The translations under genes and the position numbers were made by a program. A DNA stretch of 64,000 nucleotides. Origin: Lingula anatina (taxonomy: Eukaryota; Animalia; Brachiopoda). Every line of letters starts with the position of its first letter. Position 1 is the stretch's first letter. The DNA is taken from contig CM120640.1 in the NCBI GenBank assembly GCA_051362555.1, positions 29,655,967 through 29,719,966 of the forward strand, in the 5' to 3' direction. The notes beneath the pieces were generated by a model. The model saw nothing but the letters and a program-made list of their open reading frames with translations, had not been told where the DNA came from and searched no databases. Below are positions 1 through 12,195 of this stretch, piece by piece.

Positions 1-2
1 CC

Positions 3-585
3 AAACTGGACTACGACAGTCTTCCGCAGGAGTTCATTATGACAGTAGTGGCATCTGACAAGGGCGTGCCGCCCAAGAGTGCTGCCACCAAGGTCGCCAT
101 CATTGTCCAAGACGTCAACGACAACGCACCACTTTTCCAGTTGGTTGGTTTCCCAGATATTCCAGTGAATGCCAGCGGCGAGCTAGGACGCACAGTAGGA
201 GGGTTCCTGGCCACAGACAAAGACAGTGGGTCGAACGGAACGGTTCGACACTATATAACCAACGAGAGCAACCCTGATGCTGTATTAGCTGTCAATGAAG
301 ACACCAGAGAGCTGATCGTCGTGCGTTACCCAGCCCAGTATCGATATGACCTTACCATTTTGGCGGAGGATGGAGGAGAACCACCAAAGTCCGCCATCTT
401 GCCTGTTGTTATTTCTGTCTACGGACACCTTGTTGAGGAACGAAATGATACAGTCGTTGTGAACCCTACGTCTAACACCGAAGCACCGGTTTCCACGACC
501 CTTGGGAGTTCTTCAACTACGGGCACCCTGGGTAAAGTGACAAGTGGTGAGACAATACCAACGCCGAAGACGACGACAACACAAG
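3..585 (+). CDS. Internal exon of a cadherin-repeat (protocadherin/Fat-like) gene: end of one EC repeat, one further EC repeat, then a Ser/Thr-rich stalk; 5' end outside the window
   Basis: The frame is open from position 3: KLDYDS...VVASDKGVPPKS...IVQDVNDNAPLF...ATDKDSGSNGTVRHYI...LTILAEDGGEPPKS. It contains the LDY(E/D), AxDxGxP, DxNDNAP and AxDxD cadherin motifs. Donor CAAG|GTATGT at 585/586 (phase 1), with a sharp drop in GC afterwards. Confidence 0.93.
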
Positions 586-766
586 GTATGTTACAGTAGC
601 TCAAAACAATGACCAAATTGACACGTATGAATTGAATCCCGCTTTTATCTTAACGAACACAAACACCTGATAAGAAGTTAGTAATTTCCACGCCTGGTGA
701 TGTATAGGCTAATAGAGTACTTTTATTTTAATACGTTTATCAAATGACCCGAAGTCCTTAGTTATA

Positions 767-2155
767 CACACACTGGACAATAGAAGTGTCACCCCCTAAC
801 TCAGAGTAATAAAAGTAGGCAGATCTTGGGTACTTATAATGCCTGGTCTACTTATAATGTGACTAATGAGTATAAAACCGCTATACCATGGAATTGTATT
901 GTTGGTCTTGTACATGTACAGCGAATGTTATTCCTGTCTTCCTCCAATATGGCAAGATACAGGCAATTATCTAACAGTTATAGGTGCAAGTTATTATCAT
1001 GAAGAGGCGGAATATAAGCAATGTCAGAATATTGATACAATTGAATTGTTCAGTCAGAACCGTGCAGAGGGTCTGCATGGTCTCGGTATAGAAACACTGG
1101 AACAAGAGACAAATTGCCTCTGATGGGTCGTCCAAGAAAAAATACTGGCCGTGAAGACCGACGACTGATTTTTAAGTCCAGGTTGTCAAAGTTCGACACT
1201 GCTTGTCAGTTGACAGCACAGTGGAACAATTTCACACATAAGAATGTGTCTGTGAAAATTGCAAGGCGTCGGTTACATGCTCATAGAGTGTACAGTAGGG
1301 TAGCAAGACTGAAAACTCTTATATCGTTATAAAACAGGCAACGTAGAGTGAACTAGGGTCAACAGGATCTGGAACTGGACAGTCCATGACAGTTGGTCCT
1401 ATATATTTTTTCTCATGAGTGTCGCTTTGGTCTGACATCTGATGACAGATGGGTAAGATGCTGGGGAACTGCTGGTAAAGCATTTGAACCACATGCACTG
1501 AATTTTCGAACCCGGAGCAGCATATTCATCACGGTGTGGGGTTGCATCAGCATCCATGGCGTGGGCGAATTGATAGCGGTTGATGGAAACATGAATCACT
1601 AGAAATATATCGATGTTTTGGAGTCAGGCTTGCTACCATCTATTACTAACATATTTGGTGACAGGAATTATCCATTTGTTCACCAGGATGACAATGCCCC
1701 TTGTCACAGGACCAGAGCAGTTTGTGATTGGTTTGACCAACAGGACATTCGCTGGGTGATGTGGCCTGCCCAGAGTCTGGATGCAAACATAATAGAAAAT
1801 GTGTGGTATGATATGTCAAAACTTTTGACAAATGCCCGTCTAACCAGCAGAGAAACTCTGTTATTTTCAGTGTTTCATGCTTGGGCCAGCATAAGCCCTG
1901 AAGGCATCAGACAATTATACAAATCCTTGCCTCGTAGACTGGCACCTATTAGTAGGTCACGTGGCTATGCCACTAAGTACTAATTTTGGACTTGAACTGC
2001 ATATTTTGGTAGAATGTATATTTTGTTCTCATTTTATGATTTTTTGTGAAATTTGATGTTAATAAAATGATACCAGGAGCATATCATTCCACAGTCATTT
2101 ATCTCCCCCATAGTATTGGTTCAGTAGGGTTGACACTTCTATTGTCCAGTGTGTG
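767..2155 (+). mobile_element. Full-length, inactive Tc1-like DNA transposon (1,389 bp)
   Basis: Perfect 25-bp TIRs CACACACTGGACAATAGAAGTGTCA (767-791) and its reverse complement (2131-2155), flanked by TA on both sides; transposase remnant inside. Confidence 0.95.
949..1983 (+). pseudogene. Tc1 DD34E transposase pseudogene (frameshifts and stops)
   Basis: Fragments GRPRKNTGREDRRL, FSHECRF (first catalytic D replaced by H), VWGCIS, QDDNAPCH...WPAQSLDANIIENVW (34 residues between D and E) and SRGYATKY. Confidence 0.93.
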
Positions 2156-2895
2156 TACGTGCAGTGCCTGTATGTTTTCTGAACTTATATATGTAAATTT
2201 ACAATTAATGTGTCATGGGAACACGCCAAGATGAGAAAAAAAGTAAAATGACCAAAAAATGAAAGAAACAAAGAAGGTAAACTGAGGATGATGTATAGAA
2301 AAAAATTACCGCAAGTAAACAAATTATATTCTCTTTATTTCAGCGACTGTGGTAAAGTCCCCACAAGAACCCTGGTACCAGACGGTGGGCTTCAAGGCCG
2401 ATATCTGATCTGTGCCGGCTTTGATTTTGACATATGAATGTTAGATGCGCAGATCCAAGAAAACTAAAAAAGATTATTTGGAAATAAAGTGTACGTTTTG
2501 ATTGTTGCGGTGCTTCAAGATAATAAAACTGTGACAAAAAAGAACAACAAATGATTAAAATTACCAGAAAGGTTTCAAATATCAACTTAAGTTTAACAAA
2601 ACTAGCGATGAAAAAGGTCATTGATCTTTTGAATATGTAATACACATGCCATCTTAATCCCGAGAAATTAATGGCAGTCAAAATTAGGAATTATTCTGAT
2701 TATTAGTTGATCATAATATATTGAATAAGAAACACTGCTAGTTTATTGGCGGCTTGCTGCATTGTGATATGGTTGGATCACGGAACAACAAGAATAATTA
2801 GTACCACCAGCATGTACGCTGGCAGTACTCATGGATTTAGTCCCAACCCGTCTCGTACGGCTCCGCCGGCTCTGCGTACTGGCGCCGGATACAAG

Positions 2896-4283
2896 TCACC
2901 GTTACCGCTTCTCCTCCTAGACTGCAAGGACCCATGTCCCCTTCTCTTGGATTTAGGTCACATATAACCTCAACTTGAACCCCCTGTTCTTTTTGTCTCA
3001 GTCAGTCCATTGGCCTGGGCATGATGCTCGTTGAAACACACCCTTGTCAAAATTTTTGAAAATTCAATGCCAAATATCTCCCAAATCGAAGGAATTATGT
3101 AAAAAATTACTACAGAAGTCTGACCGAAAGTCATATGTGAAGATTCCAGATATGCCCTTGGATTTGACTTTTGACCTTTATTTCAAGGTCAAACTGGCCA
3201 AAATTTTCTAAAAATCTTTTTATTTCTGCTGATTTTCAGAAACTACACAGATCTAACCTATAATATTATGGGTAGTTGTTACCCTTTGGGTCATCTTTCA
3301 TCTTTTTGAGTTTGGGGTCAATCAGTGCATTTTTATGGGAGTAGCGGCCATTAGATGCCGAAACTGAAAACTTTCTGTAATTCTGGAACCGTTAATGCTA
3401 GAGACCTCTTGTTTTTTGCATTTTGTAGAGCTTATCAAGTGCAACACAGAAGGTGGTGTCCATTTTTCCTTTTTTGATTTGGCTTAGGCGTTGCATTATA
3501 TCAAAAAGTTCAATATCCGATATTCAGTGGTGAAAATAAAATGTGAAATACTCCAAAATTAGCACAGATACGCCATAGTTACTATTGAACTTGAATAGGA
3601 AATCGTATACTGGTAACCTGACTGTGACCTTGAAATTGACCTTTGACCTACTTTCCATGATGAACTGCACTTTGCAAATTTTTTTATCTTTATATCTCCA
3701 AAACTGGCAAAGATTCGCCCATAGGTACTATTGAACTTGAATAGGAAGTCATATACTGGCAATTTACTGTGATCCTGAAATTGACCTTTGACCTAATTTT
3801 CACCATGAACTAAACTTTGCAAATTTACCAGACCTTATATCTCTAAAACTATCAGAGATACGCCCATAGTTCCTGTTGAACTTGAGTAGGAAATCATATA
3901 CTGGCAATCTTACTGTGACCTTGAAATTGACCTTTGACCTACTTTTCACCATGAATTGAACCTTGCAAATTTTGTCACCCTTATATCTCGGGAAAACTGA
4001 CAGAGGTAGGCCCATAGTTGCTATTGAACTTAAGTAGGAAAGCATATACTGGCAATCTAACTGTGGTCTTGAAATTGACCTTTTTATGATGAACTGTACT
4101 TTGCATGTTTTCTGGCCTTTATATCTCCAAAATTGGCAAAGAAATGCCCATAGTTACTATTGAACTTGAATAGGAAGTGTTATACTGTGACCTTGAAATT
4201 GACCTTTGACCTTTTTCATCATGAACTAAACTTTGCATATTTTCTTGCCCCTCATATCCTCAAAACTAGCAGAGATATGCCCA
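2896..4283 (-). mobile_element. Non-autonomous dispersed element with internal ~146-bp tandem repeats (HINE/Helentron- or MITE-like), copy 1
   Basis: About five tandem units containing CTGTGACCTTGAAATTGACCTTTGACCT and TTGAACTTGAATAGGAA (~3585, 3731, 3876, 4025, 4160). The unique end and the repeats match 19065-20146 in reverse orientation. Family assignment is an inference. Confidence 0.7.
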
Positions 4284-4450
4284 GTGTTGCCCCTTGGTTT
4301 TCTTTTTTATCAGCAAATATGCAACGCTGATAATACATTTCGAGGAAAACCAATAGGTCTTTTGTCTAGAAAATCACAGGAATGATCAATGTGAGGAAAA
4401 TACAGGTCAGTTCGAAAATTGATAGGACCATTTTTACAGTTATATATATA

Positions 4451-5290
4451 TACTGAACAAAAATATAAACGCAAGAAACTAAAATGGTCAGTTGAAATGG
4501 ATAATCATGAAATATGCCCAGGTTGATGGTTTATTTGTGAACTGATGGATTTATTTTGATCAATTATAGTGGTCTGGTTTCACTTGGCTGCTCCCCGTGA
4601 GTATACTCAAAGGTTCAGTTTTTACACCCATAAGACTAATGGAGCATGACGGAGTAGAGGTCAATCTGCAAGACCAATACACATACTCTCACTACCGTCT
4701 GGGCAATAAAAGGACACACCAAAATGTGTATTTCTGCCACTTGTCAACATGCCACAGATGTCTGGAACCATGAAGGAGCATGCCATCAGCATGCTCAATG
4801 CTGGCTTGTCAGTAACAGAATTTGCAGCATGCCTGAATGTGCATCATTCCACTGTCAGCCGTCTGGGAACATGCTTCAGAGACACTGGTAGAGAGACACC
4901 ATGTCGCCCAACAAACACCTGTGGAACATTGTTCTGGATCAGAGTTTTCAGCCATCATGTTCCAGCTCTCGAGAATGTTCGCCAACTGGGAGTAGCACTC
5001 CAGGAGGAATGGGATAATATCCCTTAGGCCTCTATTGACAACATAGTGATGTCCATGCGCCGCTGGTGTACTGCTCTGCACAAATTTAATGGTGTCTGTG
5101 AATTCAGGATGTTGACCCCCATGGTGTATTTGATGCCCTAACTCTTGGACTATGCATTTAAACTTCCCCTAATGCTCTCAAAGTGATGTCTATTTGTCGA
5201 GAAAAATATGCTGTTATTTTTGACTATATACTCTAGTTCCATATATGAAAATAAATTACATATTCTTTAGTGCGTTTATATATTTATATA
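4451..5290 (+). mobile_element. Internally deleted Tc1-like element
   Basis: Left end TACTGAACAAAAATATAAACGCA; partial right TIR TGCGTTTATA at ~5271 in a TA run. The paired-like HTH (MPQMS...AISMLNAGLS...NVHHSTVSRL) is joined directly to the C-terminal part (LGVALQEEWDNIP...SMRR); the DDE core is missing. Confidence 0.8.
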
Positions 5291-5303
5291 TATATATTGA
5301 TTG

Positions 5304-5337
<34 letters not shown>

Positions 5338-5499
5338 ATATTTTGAGAATTCTAGTTTATTGCATTTTATAGAGATTGTCAAGCACAAGACTGTTAGTGG
5401 TGTCCCTTTTTTATTTCGGTTTTCCATACGAATGAGCTTACTCCAGCTGATGGTACAATATCCAGAGGCGGTATCGCCTCTCTGATCCTCTAGTTTCAT

Positions 5500-6730
5500 G
5501 CGTTATTATCAGTTATATACGGGACCAACTGACATGTATAATTTTTTAAAATTTATTAATAATGAACTTTTTCCAAGTCATTTTTTTTCAAAAAGCGTAA
5601 AAACCACTTGTCTTTCCTCTATGCAGGATGTTTTTATATCATATAACCTGCTGCTTGTTCAGCGAGGTTACACAATGAAAGTGGTTGTTGATTGAAAAAT
5701 CAAATAAATAGTTCACTTAGTGCAGGCAAAACTTGTCCTTTGCTTGCGTTATAATGCTCAACCTTGAATACCTTTTGAAAAACCCTTGTTAATTCCCTAC
5801 ACCCCAACATGGCAAACTCACTGAAAGTGGTAGATTGCCATAGATCCCACTTAAAAAAAGTTCTAAATAGTCTAATACAATACTTCTCATTGATAATCAT
5901 GCTATAGTATTTTAGTGGGAATCGCCTCAATTTATTATAAACAGCAGACGGCACAGCTTTGTTACTTTAAATTAAGTACCCTTTACAGTGGACGGCGTCC
6001 CTTCTGCGTCCCTTCTACAATCAATAATGTGGTCAAGAATCTCAATTGTCGCCAAAGCAATTAAATCATGTCTCAGTGTAAATACTTCTTCGTCCCTCGT
6101 GCCTTCTTTGAACGACCGAATGTAGGTTTTACTGGTAAAACAGCGAGCGACCTGAGCGTCCATTGAGCTACCCGCCTGCCTCCCCTGTGCGTCCCCTGCA
6201 CAACCTACGGTGTTCAAGTGTTCATTACGAACCCTTCGTTACGTTCTCTGTACCTTCATCGACGTTTAGTAGCTGTCATTCTTAGATATTTCTGCCTCCT
6301 GCTTGACCGATAAACAATGTTTGAACGTTCTGTGTGCGATCTAAGCGATCACACTGTGTTCTTTGAGCGTCCAACGGCAACCTGGCACGTTTTATGGTCG
6401 CCGTCCAGTGTAAAGAGGGTTTTACTCCCAAGATCAATTTACAATATTGCAGATGTATTACTGACGATTTACGAAATCCCCAGACTTCGCTTCCATAGTT
6501 CAGGTTCGGTAACACATATGTATCAAAGAGAAAATGTTCAGTTTCTACATTTAAGAGAACGCCCCCCTACTGATATTTTTACTGCCAACATTGCTTCACT
6601 TCCCTGATCAGCTATGGCTTTCTGTGTGGTGAGGAACTTTCCATTGTAATTTAACGATAACTCTAGGTACGGAAAACTATTGGGTATACACTATATTTTC
6701 TTCAAAATTAAATCGAACCGACAGCCAGCT
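5500..6730 (-). pseudogene. Degraded non-LTR retrotransposon (LINE) ORF2 3' remnant, interrupted by a MITE
   Basis: Minus-strand fragments NSFPYLELSLNYNGKF...DQGSEAM, LPNLNYGSEVWGF...QYCKLILGVK and AVYNKLRRFPL are typical of the post-RT region of LINEs and resume on both sides of 5975-6421. Confidence 0.75.
5975..6421. mobile_element. PIF/Harbinger-type MITE (447 bp) inserted in the LINE remnant
   Basis: Imperfect 23-bp TIRs AGTACCCTTTACAGTGGACGGCG / CGCCGTCCAGTGTAAAGAGGGTT, TTA on both flanks, and a GC-richer interior. Confidence 0.78.
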
Positions 6731-8464
6731 GATGTTGCTAGACGCCGATTCTTTATTAAACAAATAAACTGTATTTACATTTTTACCGTAACTACTATAA
6801 CTTTACGTACATGTATATATACTATAACAGTTTTCATCAAGCCCAGAAGAAAAACAGAGTACCTGTATCCTCCCTTTTATACCACCCACGTCAATCTTCA
6901 TTGGACGTGCATTGAACTAGGCCTACTACTCATGAGTGTACCTCATTACGGCATCCACCCAAACATCTCAACGTACTTCTTTTTCATCACAAAACGTGAA
7001 TACATACGAAACGCGGAAAATATATTATTAATTTTGTTAATATGTAGGCTACTGTGCAGAAAACAACTCAAGACAACGCTACTAATTCAATCCCTTTCAG
7101 TCGCCCTCTCAGCCGAATATAGCTTTTTTTGTCTCCTCCATCCCCGTGTACCACAAACTTGCATAGTCCCATTCATAACAAAAGAGAAAGCAACAAAGAC
7201 TATCGATTGTTCGTGATTTGGCCAAACAAGGCCGCTTTTATTATATAAACTCACTATCCTAATAATTTTTACAAAAATAACAATGTAGCAAATTGTTGCC
7301 TGCATTAAATGTTATGGCCTTAGGGATAAAATTTAAATATGAAATATTAAATAAGACTCATCATCCTAAAAATAATGATGTGACGAGTCAGCAAAAGTTA
7401 TTTTCAAACAATTTTGCACAAATTTCGTTTGTGGGGTTTCAAAGAGGCCCCCACTATGCAACGGTTATCGTGACGTCCCATGGTATAAGTAGCAACATGT
7501 GCCTCAATTGGGACCACCCCTCTAGGTATTTTTCAATTCAATTCAATTTATTTCTGTACTGGTACATAGATTGTCATGACCTTGTACAATATGATATACT
7601 AATGACGATACTATACAGTTAGTGAATTACCATTTCTCTAGTTGGTATTATGTTGCCTAGCCATTTATGAATGAAAAAATAATCTTTATATAATGAACAT
7701 ACGTACTAGTAGTAAAATAACTCGTAAAATATTCTATCTAAGCAATGATTTAAACTTTGGTGAGATTATTAATTTACCATAAACATACTATAAACATGTT
7801 ACACAAAAGGATATGTTTAAACTTAAAACCACAGTTACAAAGCTGTTTACATGGCTGTTTAAGGCCAGTTTGATGACATATATAATTACTATTAATGACA
7901 ATTACATAAGACAGATAAGTAAATAAGTTACACAGATATAAATATTGTGCCATGTTCAGTCCCACTGCCGAGTCACTTCTCACAACAGTTGGACCATACA
8001 CTGACATTTTAAGGGATATGCTAAGAGTTACCAAGCAGAGCAACCACTTCACTTCTTTTCTTGAATGATTTGATTATAAAGTTGGAGAGGGACACTAAAG
8101 TATCTTTGTTGGCACTGTTAAATACATGGCATAATTGACTGTCTGGTGACCTTGTATCAGCTTTTAGGATTGAGGTTTTTCTAGGTAGAATTGAGCATGT
8201 GCAGAATGCGCATGTGCGTAAATAAGCTCTGGAGATAGTTGTCGCCATAAAATCTCGTTTGACTACGCCAAACTTTTCTTTGTGGCCGCGTTTGCCTCGA
8301 GTGCAATGAACTCTTCTTAATGTAATTTATCTTATATAATGAGTTACACTCGATTGATCTAAAGTGCCAAGCACATATCTACTTATTGTATTATTATTAT
8401 ATCTGAAATAATACGGAAAAAATATAATCTAATAAGATATCAAGTAAAAATGCTGTCTAAGAAC

Positions 8465-8713
8465 AGGGGCGGGTTTAAGAGGGGTGTCAGTCGGGTCCTG
8501 ACCCCCCTTCAATTTTTGAAAAAAATTCACACCAATGGTCCCCACTTGAAATTGGAATTTTGACTTGCTGAATCATAGTTCTAAACAGTACCGAAAGGCA
8601 CCGTTCGCCCTCTAAAATACCGAGCCCCACGCCACGGGGGCCTGTCAAAGCATCTGCGGCCTGTAAGTCCTTAAAACCGGACCCCCCTTAAAATAATCCT
8701 GGACCCGCTCCTG
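8465..8713. mobile_element. Small GC-rich MITE
   Basis: Ends CAGGGGCGGGTTTAAG ... CCTGGACCCGCTCCTG are imperfect inverted repeats. Confidence 0.6.
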
Positions 8714-9069
8714 AAGAATATACATTGTGGCTTTTTTTTTTTTATTAAGTATTAACATCGAACACAACGCAACAGGTTACGGTATGCACCATCTCGGTTT
8801 GGTTAGATTATTGTCCCTCGCCCCCAAATAGGTTAATAAGAGAAAGATAGAAGATAAGAATCGGAGAGAGAATGACGATGCAAAATTGTTGAGTTGTAAG
8901 GTTCGATTTAATGTTCACCGATCGAGAAGTAACCAACAAGAGTCTTGGATTTCCAAACACCTTTATTCCTACTGCTTAAGTTCGGGGCCCCACCGCGTCC
9001 CTTACAGCGTTACCATGACAGCAGCTACAGTACATAAGAACTTTTCAGAATTCTCTTTTCTCAACAATT

Positions 9070-9575
9070 TCTTTGAAAAAAACCTTTACAGATTTTGCAA
9101 AAAGAGGAAGAACGATTATATTTCCTAGGGGATAATGTTTGGAAATAACAGGAACAAACTGTTACAGATATATTCTTGAAAGACTGCCCCTTGTGACAGG
9201 AAAAAACAAAGAAGGAAGTCATGTACAGATGTAGGTGTAAACAATTAAGAATACTTTTCGAGAATTAATTTTACTAGTATTGAATACCATGTACAAAGGA
9301 ATGTGAAAACACCCTCCCTCCCCCCGTTCAGTGTAGAAAGACACAACAGGGTGGAGCTAGGTGTCATCTTCAAGACAACATTACTTGAAGAAATTCCGGA
9401 ATGAATGCATAGTGAAACTTCTTTTAATTTTTTAAAAAGATTTTCCGAAAAAGAGGAAAGAAGATTATATTTCCTCAGGGGAAATGTTTTCAAATAACAG
9501 GAACAAACTAGACCGTTACAGCTTCTTGAAAGGCCGTCTATTGTGACAGGAAACAGAATAAAGTCATGTAGTTGA
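9070..9575. repeat. Diverged local direct duplication (~150-bp core, spacing ~350 bp), possibly LINE 3' remnants
   Basis: AAAAAGAGGAA..GATTATATTTCCT..GGAAATAACAGGAACAAACT..TTCTTGAAAG..TTGTGACAGGAAA occurs at ~9098-9205 and ~9447-9555. Confidence 0.55.
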
Positions 9576-9932
9576 AAGTAATAAAAAACAAATTTCAATA
9601 ATAAAATTTAGCAGTAATCACTAAGTTTGAAAATTTTTGGAACTTTATAAAGTATATTTTTATTTACTGTCATTCCTTATGTATGCCGAATTAGAATGTA
9701 CATGTATACACCAGTGATAAGACTGAAAAAAACTAGGCAACTTTTTAGGAGAGAAATTGCTGAACGGTCGAGCAATGTGAGATACGCACGCAACTTTCCA
9801 CGCACAGCAAACAGCATGGTACAGAAAAAAATAGCAAATAAGATAAAATAATGGGTAAAAACTGAGCTTTAGAAATGGGAATTTTCATAATTGGCCCAAA
9901 GGGATGGATTAAGACGACCAAAACCTCAGACG

Positions 9933-9963
<31 letters not shown>

Positions 9964-9984
9964 GTCTCAGCGTCTGCTGTCCCT

Positions 9985-10250
9985 ATCACAATTGACGTTT
10001 GTTTATATAACTCTCCAATCAAGCTGTTATTACCTGACGGGATCTGTCAAAACTGAATGATTTGATTGGCACGTTGTCAATCAAATGGTGAAGGAAGTTC
10101 ACTTCACATGCTCGACAACTGTAGTTATCAACTGTGTAATGATTTTGATTGACGTTTGCTTATAAAACTGTCAATCAAAGTCCTGTGCTTTTGACAGCTT
10201 CCGTCAAAATTGAATTAAACCGTATGAGTTTGATTAGCACCTGTCTATCA
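9985..10250 (-). repeat. Dispersed repeat with ~155-bp internal units; inverted homologue at 61250-61650
   Basis: TTGACGTTTGTTTATATAAC..CCAATCAAGCTGTTATTAC..TTTGATTGGCAC..TTGTCAATCAAA is the reverse complement of the units at 61390-61650. Confidence 0.65.
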
Positions 10251-12130
10251 CAACACTTGTTACCTTTAGTTAGTTCATTTAGAACTAAGTACATTTTCCA
10301 TGCAGCTCTATTCAGTCTCAATTCCTACCAGTCCTGATAGGTACGTCTCGACAGATACGTCTTGACAGATAACGGGACCCGATACTTTCCCATACCTTTC
10401 AACCCATGTACCGATAAGTGCACGTGCCGATAGAATAATTAGACTAGAGTCTGCTTTTGAAAATGCTATCTAATGGTGGCACCTTATTTATTTTTAATCA
10501 ATTAAAATTGTTTCTTGTAATTAAACATCAATTACCATTACCTGAGGGCCATGGGGAAGACAAAAATTTAATTCACTATGTTTTATCCTCAATAACTATT
10601 TTTTTATAAATAAATAAATAAAAAACTTCGCTTTGTTATTTATTACAAAAAGCATTATATTTACCCCCGCGACCTTGAATTTTGATACGTATTACGTACA
10701 AACATTGGCAGCGTTGCTAGCTCTCAAATGTTACTTCATTCTTCAATAAGACTTGTGCTGTGTGAAAAATAAACATACGGAGACATTTGCTCCCAAATAT
10801 ATACTAAGCTCCATAAAAACATGTAATTTGATCATATAAATTTTGAAAGTTCCCTTTCAGAAAATGTGGCCTTACTTTGAAATACTGGTACAGACTGAAA
10901 ACATGCGTTTTTCAGGCGTCTGGACTGGTAGTTTAATTTGGTGCTTTGCAAAAGTAATCTTCTAAGAGTAGGTAGTTGTAACTGAAGTTTCGTTCGCGAA
11001 GGTAATTGAAAAATTTGGCAGTATTGTTCGTACGCTAGTTTTCTCAGCCCCCATACGAGGCTGCCATTAGGTTTTTTCCTTACCTGAGAAAGCCATTATT
11101 TACTTCTCAAAATGCATGAAACGTTCATTTTATTTAGCGTGAAGCACCCCTTTCCTGTGACTCGTACATGCAGCTTTTTATTCTCCGTTATTCGTGAAAG
11201 AAAGTCGTTATACCCGGTGATTCATGATACGTGATTTTTGACGCGCATTTTCAGTGGAATTTGAATAAAGTTTTAATTACTGCGATTTGTGAATTGATAA
11301 TTTTATTTCCCGTGAATTGTGATCACCTCGCCCCCCCCCCCCTTCTCCCAATTGTACCCTCTCTAGGATGTATCCTCCTGAGGGAGGTGAGGACATTTAC
11401 ACCTATTCTGAGTCAGTATTAGTTTTTTTATGTTCTTTATAAAACACATCTGTTAAGTCAATCCTGGCTGTGACAGCTCTAGTTAACTAAGCTGTAATCA
11501 CTCTAGGTCCTAATGAACGCTGTCACTAATTCTAACGTTCTATACAAATCGAGTAAAAAAAAAACGCATCTTGTCTTCTCTAACACAATTGGCTCAGGTG
11601 ACTTTTTTGGGAGGGGGGGGGTGAAACATAGCCAAATAATTTGATATCAAACTTAATGGTTGATAAGATGTTATTATTTTTGCCATTATGATGGTAGAAA
11701 CCCTAAATCACCATCCCGGGATTAGGACCCCTGGCGCCATATCAAATAACAAAAACAAGTTTAAATCGAAACTTGTGTTCAAAAAGCGGGTGACCTGTAC
11801 ATTATTATGTAATACAGGTGAGCATTTCGGTGAGAGGTGTTCAGGTAGGACCAAGGTCAGTAGAAGATGGAGAAGACAGAGGTTCTTGGTACGTTGCTGC
11901 AATTTCCACATGTAGGCCAAAAATTTAGCACAGAAAATGACAGGAAGCTGCCGTAGCATTGTATAGATGATATAATATAACGCTGTGTATTTTGTGTAGA
12001 CAACGTTTGCCCAAATGATGACATTTTAGTCCTTATGACTGTGGGAACATTGCACTTATGTTCAATACACTCTCCATTAGAATTTCAAAATCAGTTCAAA
12101 GTTTGAATGCTTTATTTTCTGTAATTTCAG

Positions 12131-12195
12131 AGAAGGAACGCACTTGCCAATGAGAAAGTGAGACCTGTCTAAAGGTCTGAACAAGTCCTCGACAA
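12131..12195 (+). other. Candidate small exon (possible 3' coding or UTR exon)
   Basis: Pyrimidine-rich acceptor TTTATTTTCTGTAATTTCAG and donor CAA|GTAAG. All three frames stop inside it; phase 0 reads RRNALANEKVRPV*. Confidence 0.3.

Noticed and set aside
39-599. Stand-alone 186-aa gene as given in the ORF track
   Set aside because: The frame is open upstream of the ATG with cadherin motifs and has a splice donor at 586, so it is an internal exon.
6680-7216. 178-aa ORF
   Set aside because: AT-rich with no recognisable motif; it overlaps the antisense LINE remnant and is likely spurious.
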